A stretch of 64,000 nt of DNA from Alphaproteobacteria bacterium. GTDB lineage: Bacteria > Pseudomonadota > Alphaproteobacteria > SP197. The translations under genes were made by a program, and so were the position numbers. Under the pieces are notes generated by a model. The model did not search any database and was not told the DNA's origin. It was given only the letters and a program-made list of their open reading frames with translations. Within the stretch, counting starts at the first letter, position 1. Each line of letters begins with the position of its first letter. The stretch spans positions 5,248,001-5,312,000 of the forward strand of contig OZ245842.1 of NCBI GenBank assembly GCA_965228895.1, given 5' to 3'. Below, piece after piece: positions 28,763 through 39,221 of the stretch.

Positions 28763-30418
28763 ATGTACCGCTACGACGAATTCGACCACACACTGGTGGC
28801 GGAACGGGTCAGCCAGTTCCGTGGCCAGGTCGCGCGCCGGGTTGCCGGTGACCTGACGGAGGAGGAGTTCAAGCCGCTCAGGCTGATGAACGGCCTCTAT
28901 CTGCAGCTCCATGCCTATATGCTGCGCGTCGCCATCCCCTATGGCGTTCTGTCATCGCTGCAGATGCGCAAGCTCGCCCATATCGCCCGGGTCTACGACA
29001 AGGGCTACGGCCATTTCACGACGCGCCAGAACATCCAGTACAACTGGCCCAAGCTGCCCGACGTTCCGGACATCCTGGACGAACTGGCCGAGGTCGAGAT
29101 GCACGCCATTCAGACCAGCGGCAACTGCATCCGCAACGTCACGGCCGACCAGTATGCCGGCGTCGCCGGCGACGAGATCGAGGACCCGCGCATTTACGCT
29201 GAGATCATGCGCCAGTGGTCGACCCTGCATCCGGAGTTCTCGTTCCTGCCGCGCAAGTTCAAGATCGCGATCACCGGCGCGCCTAACGACCGGGCCGCGG
29301 TCAAGGTGCACGATATCGGCCTGCGCATGGTGCGCAACGAGGCCGGCGAGCCGGGTTTCGAGGTGCTGGTCGGTGGCGGTCAGGGCCGCACGCCGATGAT
29401 CGCCTACACGGTGCGCGACTTCCTGCCCAGCCGACACCTCTTGAGCTATCTCGAAGCCATTCTGCGTGTCTATAACCAGCTTGGCCGGCGCGACAACAAG
29501 TACAAGGCACGGATCAAGATCCTGGTGCACGAGACCGGCGCCGAGAAGTTCACGGCGCTGGTGGAAGACGAGTGGGCCCAAATCAAGGACACGTCGCTGA
29601 CATTGCCAGAGGCGGAGATCGCGCGCATCGAGGCTTACTTCGCGCCGCCGGACTACGACACGCTGGACGACGTATCGCCGGAGCTGGACGCCTGGCGCGG
29701 CGACGACCGTGACTTCGATCTTTGGGTCCGCGCCAATGTCGCCGAACACAAGGTGCCTGGTTATGCGATCGCCAACATCTCGCTTAAGCCGATCGGCGGC
29801 ACGCCGGGCGACGCGACGGCTGAGCAGATGGACGCCGTGGCGGATCTCGCCGACCGGTTCTCGCTCGGCGAAATCCGTGTCAGCCACGAGCAAAATCTGG
29901 TGCTCGGCGACGTCAAGAAGCGCGACCTCTATGCGCTCTGGCAAGAGCTGAAGGTCCACGATCTGGCGACGGCCAATCTCGGCCTCATCTCCGACATGAT
30001 CACATGCCCCGGTCTCGACTACTGCTCGCTCGCCAACGCGCGTTCGATTCCGATCGCGCAGGAGATCAGCGAGCGCTTTGCAGACCTCGAACGTCAGCAC
30101 GACATCGGCGAACTGAAACTCAAGATCTCCGGCTGCATCAACGCCTGCGGCCATCACCATGTCGGCCACATCGGTATTCTGGGCGTCGACAAAAAGGGCG
30201 TCGAACACTACCAGATCACGCTGGGCGGCAATGCCGACCAGAACGCGGCCATCGGCAAGATCGTCGGACCCGCTTTCTCAGGCGACGATGTCACCGATGC
30301 CGTCGAGACCATTGTCGAGACCTACCTGGACATTCGCGCCGACGGCGAGAGTTTCCTGGAGACCTATCAGCGCGCCGGCCTCGAGCCGTTCAAGGAGAGG
30401 CTCTATGCCGCTCATTAA
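28763..30418 (+). CDS. cysI: Sulfite/nitrite reductase hemoprotein
   Basis: TTRQNIQ, LPRKFK, CPGLDYC, SGCINAC. Confidence 0.95.
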   Translation: MYRYDEFDHTLVAERVSQFRGQVARRVAGDLTEEEFKPLRLMNGLYLQLHAYMLRVAIPYGVLSSLQMRKLAHIARVYDKGYGHFTTRQNIQYNWPKLPDVPDILDELAEVEMHAIQTSGNCIRNVTADQYAGVAGDEIEDPRIYAEIMRQWSTLHPEFSFLPRKFKIAITGAPNDRAAVKVHDIGLRMVRNEAGEPGFEVLVGGGQGRTPMIAYTVRDFLPSRHLLSYLEAILRVYNQLGRRDNKYKARIKILVHETGAEKFTALVEDEWAQIKDTSLTLPEAEIARIEAYFAPPDYDTLDDVSPELDAWRGDDRDFDLWVRANVAEHKVPGYAIANISLKPIGGTPGDATAEQMDAVADLADRFSLGEIRVSHEQNLVLGDVKKRDLYALWQELKVHDLATANLGLISDMITCPGLDYCSLANARSIPIAQEISERFADLERQHDIGELKLKISGCINACGHHHVGHIGILGVDKKGVEHYQITLGGNADQNAAIGKIVGPAFSGDDVTDAVETIVETYLDIRADGESFLETYQRAGLEPFKERLYAAH

Positions 30419-30890
30419 GGATGGCGATCTGATCGACGACCCGTGGCTCAGGGTCGCCGACGATCAGGACCTGCCCGACGGTCCCGTGATCATCACGCTC
30501 GAACGTTGGCAGGGAGCCGCCGCCGACGTTGCCGCCCACAACGGACCTCTGGGTGTTGTTCTGTCAAGCGACCAGTCGCCCGACTTGATCGCCGACGACC
30601 TCGGCCGTTTCGATCTCATTGCGCTGGACTTCCCGGCGTTCACGGATGGGCGCGCCTATTCCTATGCCCGCCTGTTGCGCGAACGTTTGGGCTTCAAAGG
30701 CGAAATTCGCGCCGTCGGCAACGTGTTGCGCGATCAGGTCGCATTCATGGTGCGTTGCGGTTTCGATGCGTTCGACATGGCCGATGCCAACGCGGCCGAG
30801 GCTTTCAAACAGGCACTCGCAGAAGTCTCCGTCACCTATCAACCGGCAGGTGACGCACGACGCCCCGCCATGGCGCTTCGTCAGGGGTAA
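30405..30890 (+). CDS. DUF934 protein
   Basis: FPAFTDGRAYSYARLLR, RCGFDAF. Confidence 0.9.
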   Translation: MPLIKDGDLIDDPWLRVADDQDLPDGPVIITLERWQGAAADVAAHNGPLGVVLSSDQSPDLIADDLGRFDLIALDFPAFTDGRAYSYARLLRERLGFKGEIRAVGNVLRDQVAFMVRCGFDAFDMADANAAEAFKQALAEVSVTYQPAGDARRPAMALRQG

Positions 30891-31078
30891 GGGAAAACCG
30901 GCCTCCGACAACTGGCCGGCGAGATGGTTTGCCACTTCGACGGCAACGTGCCGACCGCTCAGAAACGCGCCGTCGCAAGTCTGGACAAACGGACCGGCGA
31001 CGGCCTCGCCTGCAAAGCAGATCCGGTCACCGACCGCGCGCGCAAGTCCGCGCCTCTGTTAACAGACAGCCAGGCGAC

Positions 31079-31840
31079 ATGGCTGTGGCGAAGTTAACGC
31101 TGGGACAGGTTGTCTTCGCGGTGCCCTTTATTCTGTGGCGCTTGTGTCGTGGTGACACAACTGAGCGCGGCGGCTACATCACTTTGGGTCTAGCGTTAAT
31201 CTTTTGCATTGCCGGCGCGCTCTATCAGGTCCGTGCACTGCCCCGTACCGAAATTGTTCTAATTCTCATTTGGTCGGTGGTGATCGTTGCCTTCGTCCGC
31301 TTAGCCGGGCGTCTCGATACCCTATCGAACCGCGTGCTGATAGGCGGGGTCGGCTCGGTCGTTCTATTGTTGGGTCATATCATCGCGGCGATCTTCATGA
31401 TGCTTGCTGATGCAGAGGCAGATGCCGAGACCAGTGTCGATGCTTGTAGCTGACGTTCGGCGGGAGACGTTCCCAGCGATGCCGACATTGATAGCGCGGT
31501 GCTGACCTCTATCTATCCGGATCCTGAGATCGCGTGGCGTACCGGCTATGCCGTTATTGCTGCGCCTAACCACCGCATGGAGCACGGCATCGTCGACGCA
31601 CATCGTGCGTTTCTTGCCGAGCCGTCGATTACCAAGGACATGCTGGCGACGCGCAACGTCGGCCTGGTGATCTTGTTCACGGCATAAAACGGCAAGGGCG
31701 GGCACGACTGGTACATCAAGGAGGGCGGACCACAGAGCCTCTACGGTCGATTGGCCGCCGGCGATCCACCTTCATGGGCCGTGCGGCTTTGCGCCGAGGA
31801 CTCGCGACTCGACCGTTTCCTCGTCTACAGCGCGCCCTAA
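31079..31840 (+). pseudogene. Degraded membrane protein (GT-C-like), 5'-truncated
   Basis: One reading frame interrupted by TGA (31451) and TAA (31685); AAPNHR and LYGRLAAGDPPSW motifs. Confidence 0.6.
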
Positions 31841-31895
31841 TGCGCAGGTTGTGCGGTGTTCGTTAACGCCATTAACCAAATCTGTATGTCAATGC

Positions 31896-31962
31896 TGTGA
31901 CCGCGGTCACTGCGTGAGGGGTCGCGACCCATAAGCGACCGGCGATTGTGTCTCGCGTCACT
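31896..31962. promoter_or_regulatory. Two CRP-like boxes upstream of tadE
   Basis: TGTGACCGCGGTCACT (31896) and TGTGTCTCGCGTCACT (31947). Confidence 0.55.
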
Positions 31963-32044
31963 GTCAGATCACCCGACCCGCTGACATGCTACTGCACGAT
32001 GGCTGGGAAGCCGAACTGGAACGCTTCTTGCACTGGTGGCACAC

Positions 32045-32587
32045 ATGTACCGAATTGCAACATGGTATCGAGAACGCGTACGGCGCTTGGTCAAAGACCG
32101 CTCCGGTGTTGCCGCGATGGAGTTTGTTCTCGTGGCACCCGTTTTTTTCTTCCTGATCTTTGCCATTCTGGAGACGTCGCTGCTGTTCCTTACGGCAACT
32201 GTGATGAACGGCGAGGTGTCAGCCGCAGCTCGTTCGATCCGTACGGGCAATCTGCAGATGGAAGACGAACCGGAAGACGCTTTCTATGAACTGCTTTGTT
32301 CGAACCTCGACAACGTCCTGGATTGCGACAAGGTCATTGTCGATATCCGGACCTATGAGGACTTCGACGACATGACGTTCGACGAGTACTTGAACGAAGA
32401 AGGCGAAGCCGAAGGCAACCAGTTCGACATCGGCGAGGCCGGCGAAGTGGTGTTGGTTCGTATCGCCTACAAGTATCAGATCATTACACCGTTCCTCGCC
32501 AAGTTCCTGGTCCCGCCGGGTCAGGACACGCTCATGCTGCAGGCTGCGGCAGCGTTCCAGAACGAACCGTTCCAGAGCCTATTCTAG
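32045..32587 (+). CDS. tadE: TadE-like pseudopilin
   Basis: GVAAMEFVLVAP prepilin motif; C-terminal FQNEPF. Confidence 0.9.
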   Translation: MYRIATWYRERVRRLVKDRSGVAAMEFVLVAPVFFFLIFAILETSLLFLTATVMNGEVSAAARSIRTGNLQMEDEPEDAFYELLCSNLDNVLDCDKVIVDIRTYEDFDDMTFDEYLNEEGEAEGNQFDIGEAGEVVLVRIAYKYQIITPFLAKFLVPPGQDTLMLQAAAAFQNEPFQSLF

Positions 32588-32598
32588 GTGGAAGCGAC

Positions 32599-33126
32599 AT
32601 GACAAAAACCAGCAGACTTTTGGCCCTTTGGCGCGACCGGCGCGGCGTCGCTGCATCGGAATTCGCGCTGATCCTGCCGGTCTTGATATTGCTTCTGTTT
32701 GGCACAGCAGAGCTTGGGTACTTGCTCCTGTTGGATAAGAAGATTACCTCCGGCGCGCAGACAGCCGCTGACTTGGTTGCGCAACAGAAGTCTGTTTCAC
32801 CCGGCGACGTCAACAACATCTTTCGCGCTGTTGACAGCATTCTTGAACCTTACACGTCAGTCGGCGCGGCCTATACCGTCGCCAGTCTGGTTGCCGATGA
32901 TGACGGGACCGTCACGATCGATTGGCAGCGCAATCGTGGCGGCGAAGACATTGAAGAGCTTGAACTCCCCGAAGGTTTGTTGAGCGAAAACGACAGTGTC
33001 GTCGTTGCTCTGATTTCCTACAACTACAAGCCGGTGTTCGGTGAGCTGATCCTCGGGCCGTTCACCATCAGTGACATGGCTTATCTGCGCCCGCGCACCA
33101 CAATCGCGGTCGAACTCAACAATTAG
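32599..33126 (+). CDS. TadE/TadF-like pseudopilin
   Basis: GVAASEFALILP; C-terminal RPR. Confidence 0.88.
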   Translation: MTKTSRLLALWRDRRGVAASEFALILPVLILLLFGTAELGYLLLLDKKITSGAQTAADLVAQQKSVSPGDVNNIFRAVDSILEPYTSVGAAYTVASLVADDDGTVTIDWQRNRGGEDIEELELPEGLLSENDSVVVALISYNYKPVFGELILGPFTISDMAYLRPRTTIAVELNN

Positions 33127-33191
33127 GCCAGTCAAATGCCATGACCATTCCGATGACGAGTGCAACGGACGCACATAGACAGGATGAGATC

Positions 33192-34568
33192 ATGCTTACT
33201 CACGACAAAGCGACAGTCTTAAGAAACTGGATGACGACGATGACTTGGTTTTGTTGGGTGCCGTGGCGGCACCTGGTCAAAGAGCGCTCTGGCGCCGTAG
33301 CCGTGGTCTTTGCCCTGGCGCTGGTGCCGCTCTGTCTGGCTGGCGGCGCCGCCATCGACATGGGCCGTGCTTACCTCGTTAAGTCTAGGCTGGGTTATGC
33401 GCTTGACGCTGCGGGATTGGCTGCTGGTGGCGCGACCGAGTTGAGCAACGACGAGCTTGAAGAACTGATGTTGTCCTATTTCGAGGCGAACTACCCGGCC
33501 CAGGAGATGGGTGTCGCGGCCGAGCCTGAGATGGACATCTCGGATGATGAAGTCCGGCTAAGCGCGACGGCGACACTCAATACGACACTGATGAGTGTCG
33601 TCGGCATTGATGACATCACGGTTTCCGCGACAACGATCATCGTTCGCGAGTCGAAAGGTCTTGAAGTCGCGCTGGTGCTCGACAACACAGGCTCCATGGG
33701 CACCACGAAGATGAACAATCTGAAGAGTGCGGCACGAAGCTTCCTGGACATTCTGTTTGGCACCAATGCCGAGAGCGACCTGCTCTACATCTCCGTCGTG
33801 CCGTTTGCCGGATCAGTCAACGTCGACACCGGCTTTGGTCACCTCAACAGCGATTATGATGCCGATGACTTTTCGCCGGACTTCTGGCGCGGCTGTGTCA
33901 TGGCGCGTGACAACGGCGAGGACCAGACCGATATGGCGCCGACGAGTGACCCGCTTCGCTGGGAGGCGTACTTGCGCCCGTCCGGTTCCGGTAACTGGTG
34001 GCCGCCAATTTCGGGTAGCTTTGGCCAGGTGAGAGGTCCGAACAAGGACTGCCCGCGGCCTCTACTGGAACTGACTAACGTCAAGAGCACGGTCGAGAAC
34101 AAGATCAATTCGATGCAGTCGCGTGGCATCACGCACATCAACTTTGGTCTGGTTTGGGGCTGGCGCACGCTGTCGAACACCGAGCCGTTCACGACGGCGA
34201 CTGAATATGATGACGACGAGTTTGAGAAAGCCATTGTGCTCATGACCGATGGCGAGAATTACATCGGGTCGTCGTCCTATGGTGCTTACGGTCGCATCTC
34301 CGATGGCAATTTGGGTACGACGTGGAGTTCGAGCACGGCCATCGCCCAGCTGAACCTGCGCACCACGGCTGTCTGCAACGCCGTCAAGGCACAGGGCATC
34401 ATAGTCTACACCATCACGTTCCAGGTCAGTTCCAGCACGGTCAGGAATCTGATGCGCAATTGTGCGACGGATGAGAGCAACTACTTTGACTCGCCCGACG
34501 CGGCCACGCTTGAAGCCTCGTTCCGCGAGATTGGCCGCGAGCTCAGTAACCTGCGTATCGGTGGCTAA
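33192..34568 (+). CDS. tadG: TadG-like vWA pilus adhesin
   Basis: GAVAVVFAL, vWA LVLDNTGSM and LMTDGEN; start uncertain. Confidence 0.9.
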   Translation: MLTHDKATVLRNWMTTMTWFCWVPWRHLVKERSGAVAVVFALALVPLCLAGGAAIDMGRAYLVKSRLGYALDAAGLAAGGATELSNDELEELMLSYFEANYPAQEMGVAAEPEMDISDDEVRLSATATLNTTLMSVVGIDDITVSATTIIVRESKGLEVALVLDNTGSMGTTKMNNLKSAARSFLDILFGTNAESDLLYISVVPFAGSVNVDTGFGHLNSDYDADDFSPDFWRGCVMARDNGEDQTDMAPTSDPLRWEAYLRPSGSGNWWPPISGSFGQVRGPNKDCPRPLLELTNVKSTVENKINSMQSRGITHINFGLVWGWRTLSNTEPFTTATEYDDDEFEKAIVLMTDGENYIGSSSYGAYGRISDGNLGTTWSSSTAIAQLNLRTTAVCNAVKAQGIIVYTITFQVSSSTVRNLMRNCATDESNYFDSPDAATLEASFREIGRELSNLRIGG

Positions 34569-34854
34569 GTGATCTCCCGCGGCCTAGGCCGCAAACAAGG
34601 GGCGCAGACAGTTCAGCGGGCCGCAATGTATGCGGCCCGCTGTTTCAATGGCAGGCAGGTGCTGGACAATGGTGCCCGACGGGCGTGCGTTAGAGATTTT
34701 GCGGCCCGCAAGGCACTAGGGCATATGGCAAGTCGTCGCCTGCCGGATCAAAGAATCACCACCGGATGCGCTGACGCAACCGTGTGGTGCCACGCATCGG
34801 CCTCTCGCAGAAAGGTCGGCCGGCAAATACCCAGAAAGAATTGAAACTCGTCGC

Positions 34855-35358
34855 CTAGTTGGTGGCGTCCGTGGCGGTCTCCGCAGCGGCATCGCTACCA
34901 CCGGTTCCCGTAATCACCGACGTTGTGGGCGTCGCGCCAGTCGCCGCGCTTGCTGAAGCGGCTGTGCCGGCCGCCGCGAGCTCGGGCACGTTGGTCACGA
35001 CGCACCGTGGCGAACAGCTATAGGTCAGTTCCACGGCATTGCGGTTCACCGTGACTTCGTGATTGTTGTTCGGTGTCACCAACAGATCGGCGTTGATGAC
35101 CTCTTTGCCGTTCGCATCAAGAATGAACAAGCCGGTCTGGCCCGGTGCTCGGCCGACGACAAAAAGAAGCCGGGGGGACTCAACGACCACGTCGGCAATC
35201 GCCGGGTTGGCGATGTGGACAATCTGTGCGTCCGCCTCAAGTCTAATAATTTCGGCCTGATTCACCTCGACCCGAATTGTCTCAGCATTTGCGGCGGTAA
35301 AGGCGGCGCCCACCAAATAAACGGCGACACCGACTGCGACGGGGAACTTCATCATCAT
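34855..35358 (-). CDS. Pilus assembly N-terminal-domain protein
   Basis: Signal peptide, IANPAIADV, YSCSPRC. Confidence 0.85.
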   Translation of the reverse strand: MMMKFPVAVGVAVYLVGAAFTAANAETIRVEVNQAEIIRLEADAQIVHIANPAIADVVVESPRLLFVVGRAPGQTGLFILDANGKEVINADLLVTPNNNHEVTVNRNAVELTYSCSPRCVVTNVPELAAAGTAASASAATGATPTTSVITGTGGSDAAAETATDATN

Positions 35359-35467
35359 TGCGTTCTTTCCCGGAGTTCTGCCGATCTGCGCTAGAGGCAG
35401 GAAATACCTGAATCCATTCAGAATTATACCGTTTTATTGCCGCGAGGTCACCGATTCGCTTTGATCG

Positions 35468-37036
35468 GTGGATAACTCGCTTGATATAGTGACAGCGGCT
35501 ACTCATCGCAGACTCTGGGTAGGGGAAGGACCTATTTCGACACGTCGACTCGCCTTGGCGAAGGGCCAACGTTGCGTAGCAGTGGCTGGTGCAACAGCCA
35601 TTGGTCTGGTGCTGGCGTCGTGCGAAACGCTGACGAGCCAGAGCCTAAGCGCGAACAACGCGAGCACGGAGCCCACGACAGATACGGAAGTCAAAATTTC
35701 CGATTCCTTCCTTTCCGCGGCACGTGCTTCGGAAAGTGCAGGCGATTACCTGAGCGCCGCCGGCTATTGGCAGAGTCTTCTCGATCGCGATCCATCTGAC
35801 CTCGAGGCAGCGGTTGGCCTGGCGGACAACTTGCGGCGCCTGGGCCAGTACGGCTACGCCATAAACGTTCTGAACGACGCGCTGGGCTACCATCCCGACG
35901 ATCCCCGGCTGCTCAGTCTCCTCGGTCGTGCTCTGGTGGCAGAAGGCAATGCGACGGCGGCGCTTGACCCGCTGCAGCGGTCGGTCGCGATCGACCCCGG
36001 CATATGGGAGACCCAGGCTGCCCTCGCGGTCGCTTACGGCATGCTAGGTGAGCTGGCCAGGTCGAACGAGGCCAACATGCGCGCACTCGCGGCGTCGCCC
36101 GATAATCCCAAGGTCCTGAACAACATGGGCCTGCAGGCCGCGATGCAGGGCGATCTGGACGGTGCGATCGAACTTCTTGAGCGCGCCAGCCGGGGTGACG
36201 AAGCGGACTCGAAAATTCGTCTGAATCTGGCTCTTTTGCTGGCCTACCGCGGCGACATTGATGAGGCCGAGGGTTTGGTGCGTGAGGAATTGAGTGGCGA
36301 AGAGGCAGAGCAGAACATCGCTTTCTTCCGATCGCTGGCCGGCAACGATCTGCAGAACCTTGAGGAGCTGGTCGCGCGATCAAATCTTGATGTCGAAGCC
36401 CAGCCGCTGCCACCGGTCGATGATGGCGGATCGATTGTCTTGAGTCAGCCGGATGTGGCGGTTCAGCCGACCCAGGCATCGACGCAGATCGTCGAACCCG
36501 TCGAGGAAGTCGTGGTGCCGGCTGTGGAGATCGTTGACGTCGAGCCGGCGCCAGTGGTCGAGCCACCGGACGGCGATACGACGGTCGAGGCGCCGGCGAC
36601 GGATGTCGTGACGATGTCCTATGACGATCAGCTTGACGATCTGTCGTCGGCGGAAGCGGGGCGCGATAGCGATGAGTTCGTTTTGCCGCCCGAGACGATC
36701 GTGACCACATCGACTACGGAAGAGACCGTTCTTCAAATAGAAGAAGACGTGCAACCCGCAGGGGGGGCGGAGGCCATTGCTGTCGCGCCCGAGGTCGAAC
36801 CGGAACCGGAACCGGAGGCGGCAGCAATCGATACCGCTTCCACCAGCGACGACGACCTGTCTATCCTGGAAATGATTGGCTCGATTACCGCACCAACGCC
36901 AGGCGAGGGCGGCAGTGGAAGCGCGGCCGATGGGGCACGCTCCAACTCTCGCGATGGTGACCTGCCGACCGATAATGTCTTCGACTTACAGTACTTCGAA
37001 TCATCCGACGAAGCTGAGCCGACCTCGAACGAATAG
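35468..37036 (+). CDS. TadD-like TPR lipoprotein with long acidic tail
   Basis: LASC lipobox, TPR repeats, NLALL motif; start uncertain. Confidence 0.82.
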   Translation: MDNSLDIVTAATHRRLWVGEGPISTRRLALAKGQRCVAVAGATAIGLVLASCETLTSQSLSANNASTEPTTDTEVKISDSFLSAARASESAGDYLSAAGYWQSLLDRDPSDLEAAVGLADNLRRLGQYGYAINVLNDALGYHPDDPRLLSLLGRALVAEGNATAALDPLQRSVAIDPGIWETQAALAVAYGMLGELARSNEANMRALAASPDNPKVLNNMGLQAAMQGDLDGAIELLERASRGDEADSKIRLNLALLLAYRGDIDEAEGLVREELSGEEAEQNIAFFRSLAGNDLQNLEELVARSNLDVEAQPLPPVDDGGSIVLSQPDVAVQPTQASTQIVEPVEEVVVPAVEIVDVEPAPVVEPPDGDTTVEAPATDVVTMSYDDQLDDLSSAEAGRDSDEFVLPPETIVTTSTTEETVLQIEEDVQPAGGAEAIAVAPEVEPEPEPEAAAIDTASTSDDDLSILEMIGSITAPTPGEGGSGSAADGARSNSRDGDLPTDNVFDLQYFESSDEAEPTSNE

Positions 37037-37137
37037 CTCTAGATGATGAACCGGTGAACCGGCACTTGGATTGCCTGTGTCCAGAAACTACGCAGAGCAG
37101 GTTGTAGAAGGACTAGCTCAGCTGTGACCGCTTTGCT

Positions 37138-38103
37138 TCATTTGTCCGAGAACGTTGCTACCACCTGGATGATGGCAGGACCGATCAGGACGATGAAAAG
37201 CACGGGCAAGAAGAACAGAATCATTGGAACGGTCAGCGCGGCGGGCAACGAGCCGGCCTTCTGTTCGGCGCGCGCCATGCGTTCATCGCGATTTTCGCGG
37301 CTCAGCACTCTAAGGGCTACACCCAAAGGCGTACCGTACTTCTCTGACTGGAGCAGCGATACCGTAAGGGCGCGGACAGGTTCGGCGCCGGTACGCGCGG
37401 CAAGGTTCTCAAGGGCACGCCGACGATCTCCAAGATAGGCAAGCTCGGCGGTCGTCAGAGCATACTCCTCAGCGAGGATCGGCGAGATATCGCCAATTTC
37501 CTGCGAGATCCGAGTCAAAGCCGCTTCAAGTGAAATGCCCGCCTCGACGCAGATCACCATCAAATCCAGTGAGTCCGGAAAAGCTCTGATGATCTGTTGT
37601 TGGCGTTTCTTCGCGGTGTTCGCCACCAAGATGCCTGGAATAAAATAGCCAAACGTTGCCGCCAGGCCGCAGATGAGTAGCTTGAGAAGCGGATCGAGTT
37701 CCAGGTTTTTGGACGAGAAGACCAACAGCGCGGCAACCGATGCAAAGACGATCGGCAGCGCAATGCGCATAAACAGGTAGACGACGATGGGGCCTTGACC
37801 GCGGAAACCGGCTTGCATGAGTTTCATGCGCAGCTCGGGCGACCGTGCTTTTTCGATGAGGTTGAGGCGCTTGAGGACCTCGCTCATCCAACCGGCATGT
37901 CGTTGCCGATGCCGCAGGCTAGCCTGTTGCGTCTTCGCGAATCTCTGACGTTGGGCCGACTGCAACTCCTCGCGTCGACGCGAAACGGATTTGAGTCGGC
38001 TGCCGAAGCTGTCACGCTCCAGAAACGGCAGCGCGATTGCCATGATGGCGATGAACGCACCGAATGTGGACAGCACTATGATGATATTCTGGGTCGATAA
38101 CAT
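37138..38103 (-). CDS. tadC: Tad inner-membrane platform protein
   Basis: FPDSLDLMVICVEAG, QSEKYGT, VPMILFFLP. Confidence 0.93.
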   Translation of the reverse strand: MLSTQNIIIVLSTFGAFIAIMAIALPFLERDSFGSRLKSVSRRREELQSAQRQRFAKTQQASLRHRQRHAGWMSEVLKRLNLIEKARSPELRMKLMQAGFRGQGPIVVYLFMRIALPIVFASVAALLVFSSKNLELDPLLKLLICGLAATFGYFIPGILVANTAKKRQQQIIRAFPDSLDLMVICVEAGISLEAALTRISQEIGDISPILAEEYALTTAELAYLGDRRRALENLAARTGAEPVRALTVSLLQSEKYGTPLGVALRVLSRENRDERMARAEQKAGSLPAALTVPMILFFLPVLFIVLIGPAIIQVVATFSDK

Positions 38104-38228
38104 GACTGGCCTAGGTGGTTACCCTATAGGCGTCGGCGCGAAAGCCGGTTGCCCATGTGGAACCACTCTGGTGCATGCGCGGGAGACAACTTGCCTCACG
38201 ATTCAAAGCGGCCTGGCCGTAAGTGGTC

Positions 38229-39221
38229 CTAGATTTCAAAGGAGATCATCCTCCACATGATAAACGTGCCCATCGCGATCAGGGTCGCTCCGCCTGCCAT
38301 CATGTAGTTGCCGAGATCTTCGGTCCACAACAGAGCAATGTACTCGAAACTCGTTAGCGTCATGATGCCGGCCATGCAAAACGGAAGAGATCCGATGATC
38401 ATCGCTGTGGTCCGCGCTTCAGACGTTATCGAGCGGACGGTGTCGGCCATCTTCTTGCGTTCTCTCAACACGCTCGACAAACCTGAGAGTGTCTCGGCGA
38501 GGTTGCTGCCGGTTTGTTGCTGGATGGCAAGGACAATCGCAAAGAACCGATACTCCATTGTCGGAATACGACGAAGGCCGCGTTCCATCACTTCTTCTAG
38601 GGGCCTGCCGACCTTGATGCCCTCGACCAATTGATCAAACTCAGTACACACCGGTTCTGGCGTCTCACGCGCGATAATGCGCAAACACTCGTTCACCGGC
38701 AGGCCGGAACGAACGCCGCGCACAATAACATCAACAGCGTTGGCGAAGTGTTTCGTAAACAGCTTCTGTCGCTTCTTCGCCTTACGCTTCATGTAAAGGC
38801 GCGGCAGGCCAAGAAAAGCAAAAAGCGCCACAGGGACTGCGCCCCAATAAGTGTAGCCCAGCGCGAGATAAACACCGGTGACAACCAAAGCAAAGAGCGC
38901 GCTGAAGAGGTAGAACCTCTTAACGGTCAGGTTCGAACCCGCCTGCAACAGGAGGTCTGCCATTGCCTGTTTGCGCGCGGTCTGTTTGCGCTGATCTTCC
39001 AGCTCCTTGATTTTGCCCTGGATCTGGCGGCGTCGCGCGACGGACGTGTCTTTGCCGCCGCCCCGTTGCCGGCGTTCACGTTGGGCGGCGCCCGTTACCA
39101 TGGCAAGGCGTCTACGGTAGTTGGCCTGGCTTGCACGGGCCACAAAAATACCGCCGCCGACAATGACCGTCAAAAGCAGCAAGGAGCCGACAACAATGAT
39201 CATCAGGACGGTATCGTTCAT
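38229..39221 (-). CDS. tadB: Tad inner-membrane platform protein
   Basis: VRGVRSGLP, IQQQTGSNLAE. Confidence 0.93.
   Translation of the reverse strand: MNDTVLMIIVVGSLLLLTVIVGGGIFVARASQANYRRRLAMVTGAAQRERRQRGGGKDTSVARRRQIQGKIKELEDQRKQTARKQAMADLLLQAGSNLTVKRFYLFSALFALVVTGVYLALGYTYWGAVPVALFAFLGLPRLYMKRKAKKRQKLFTKHFANAVDVIVRGVRSGLPVNECLRIIARETPEPVCTEFDQLVEGIKVGRPLEEVMERGLRRIPTMEYRFFAIVLAIQQQTGSNLAETLSGLSSVLRERKKMADTVRSITSEARTTAMIIGSLPFCMAGIMTLTSFEYIALLWTEDLGNYMMAGGATLIAMGTFIMWRMISFEI

Noticed and set aside
31451-31453. Selenocysteine or recoded TGA
   Set aside because: A second in-frame TAA and 5' truncation indicate pseudogenisation.
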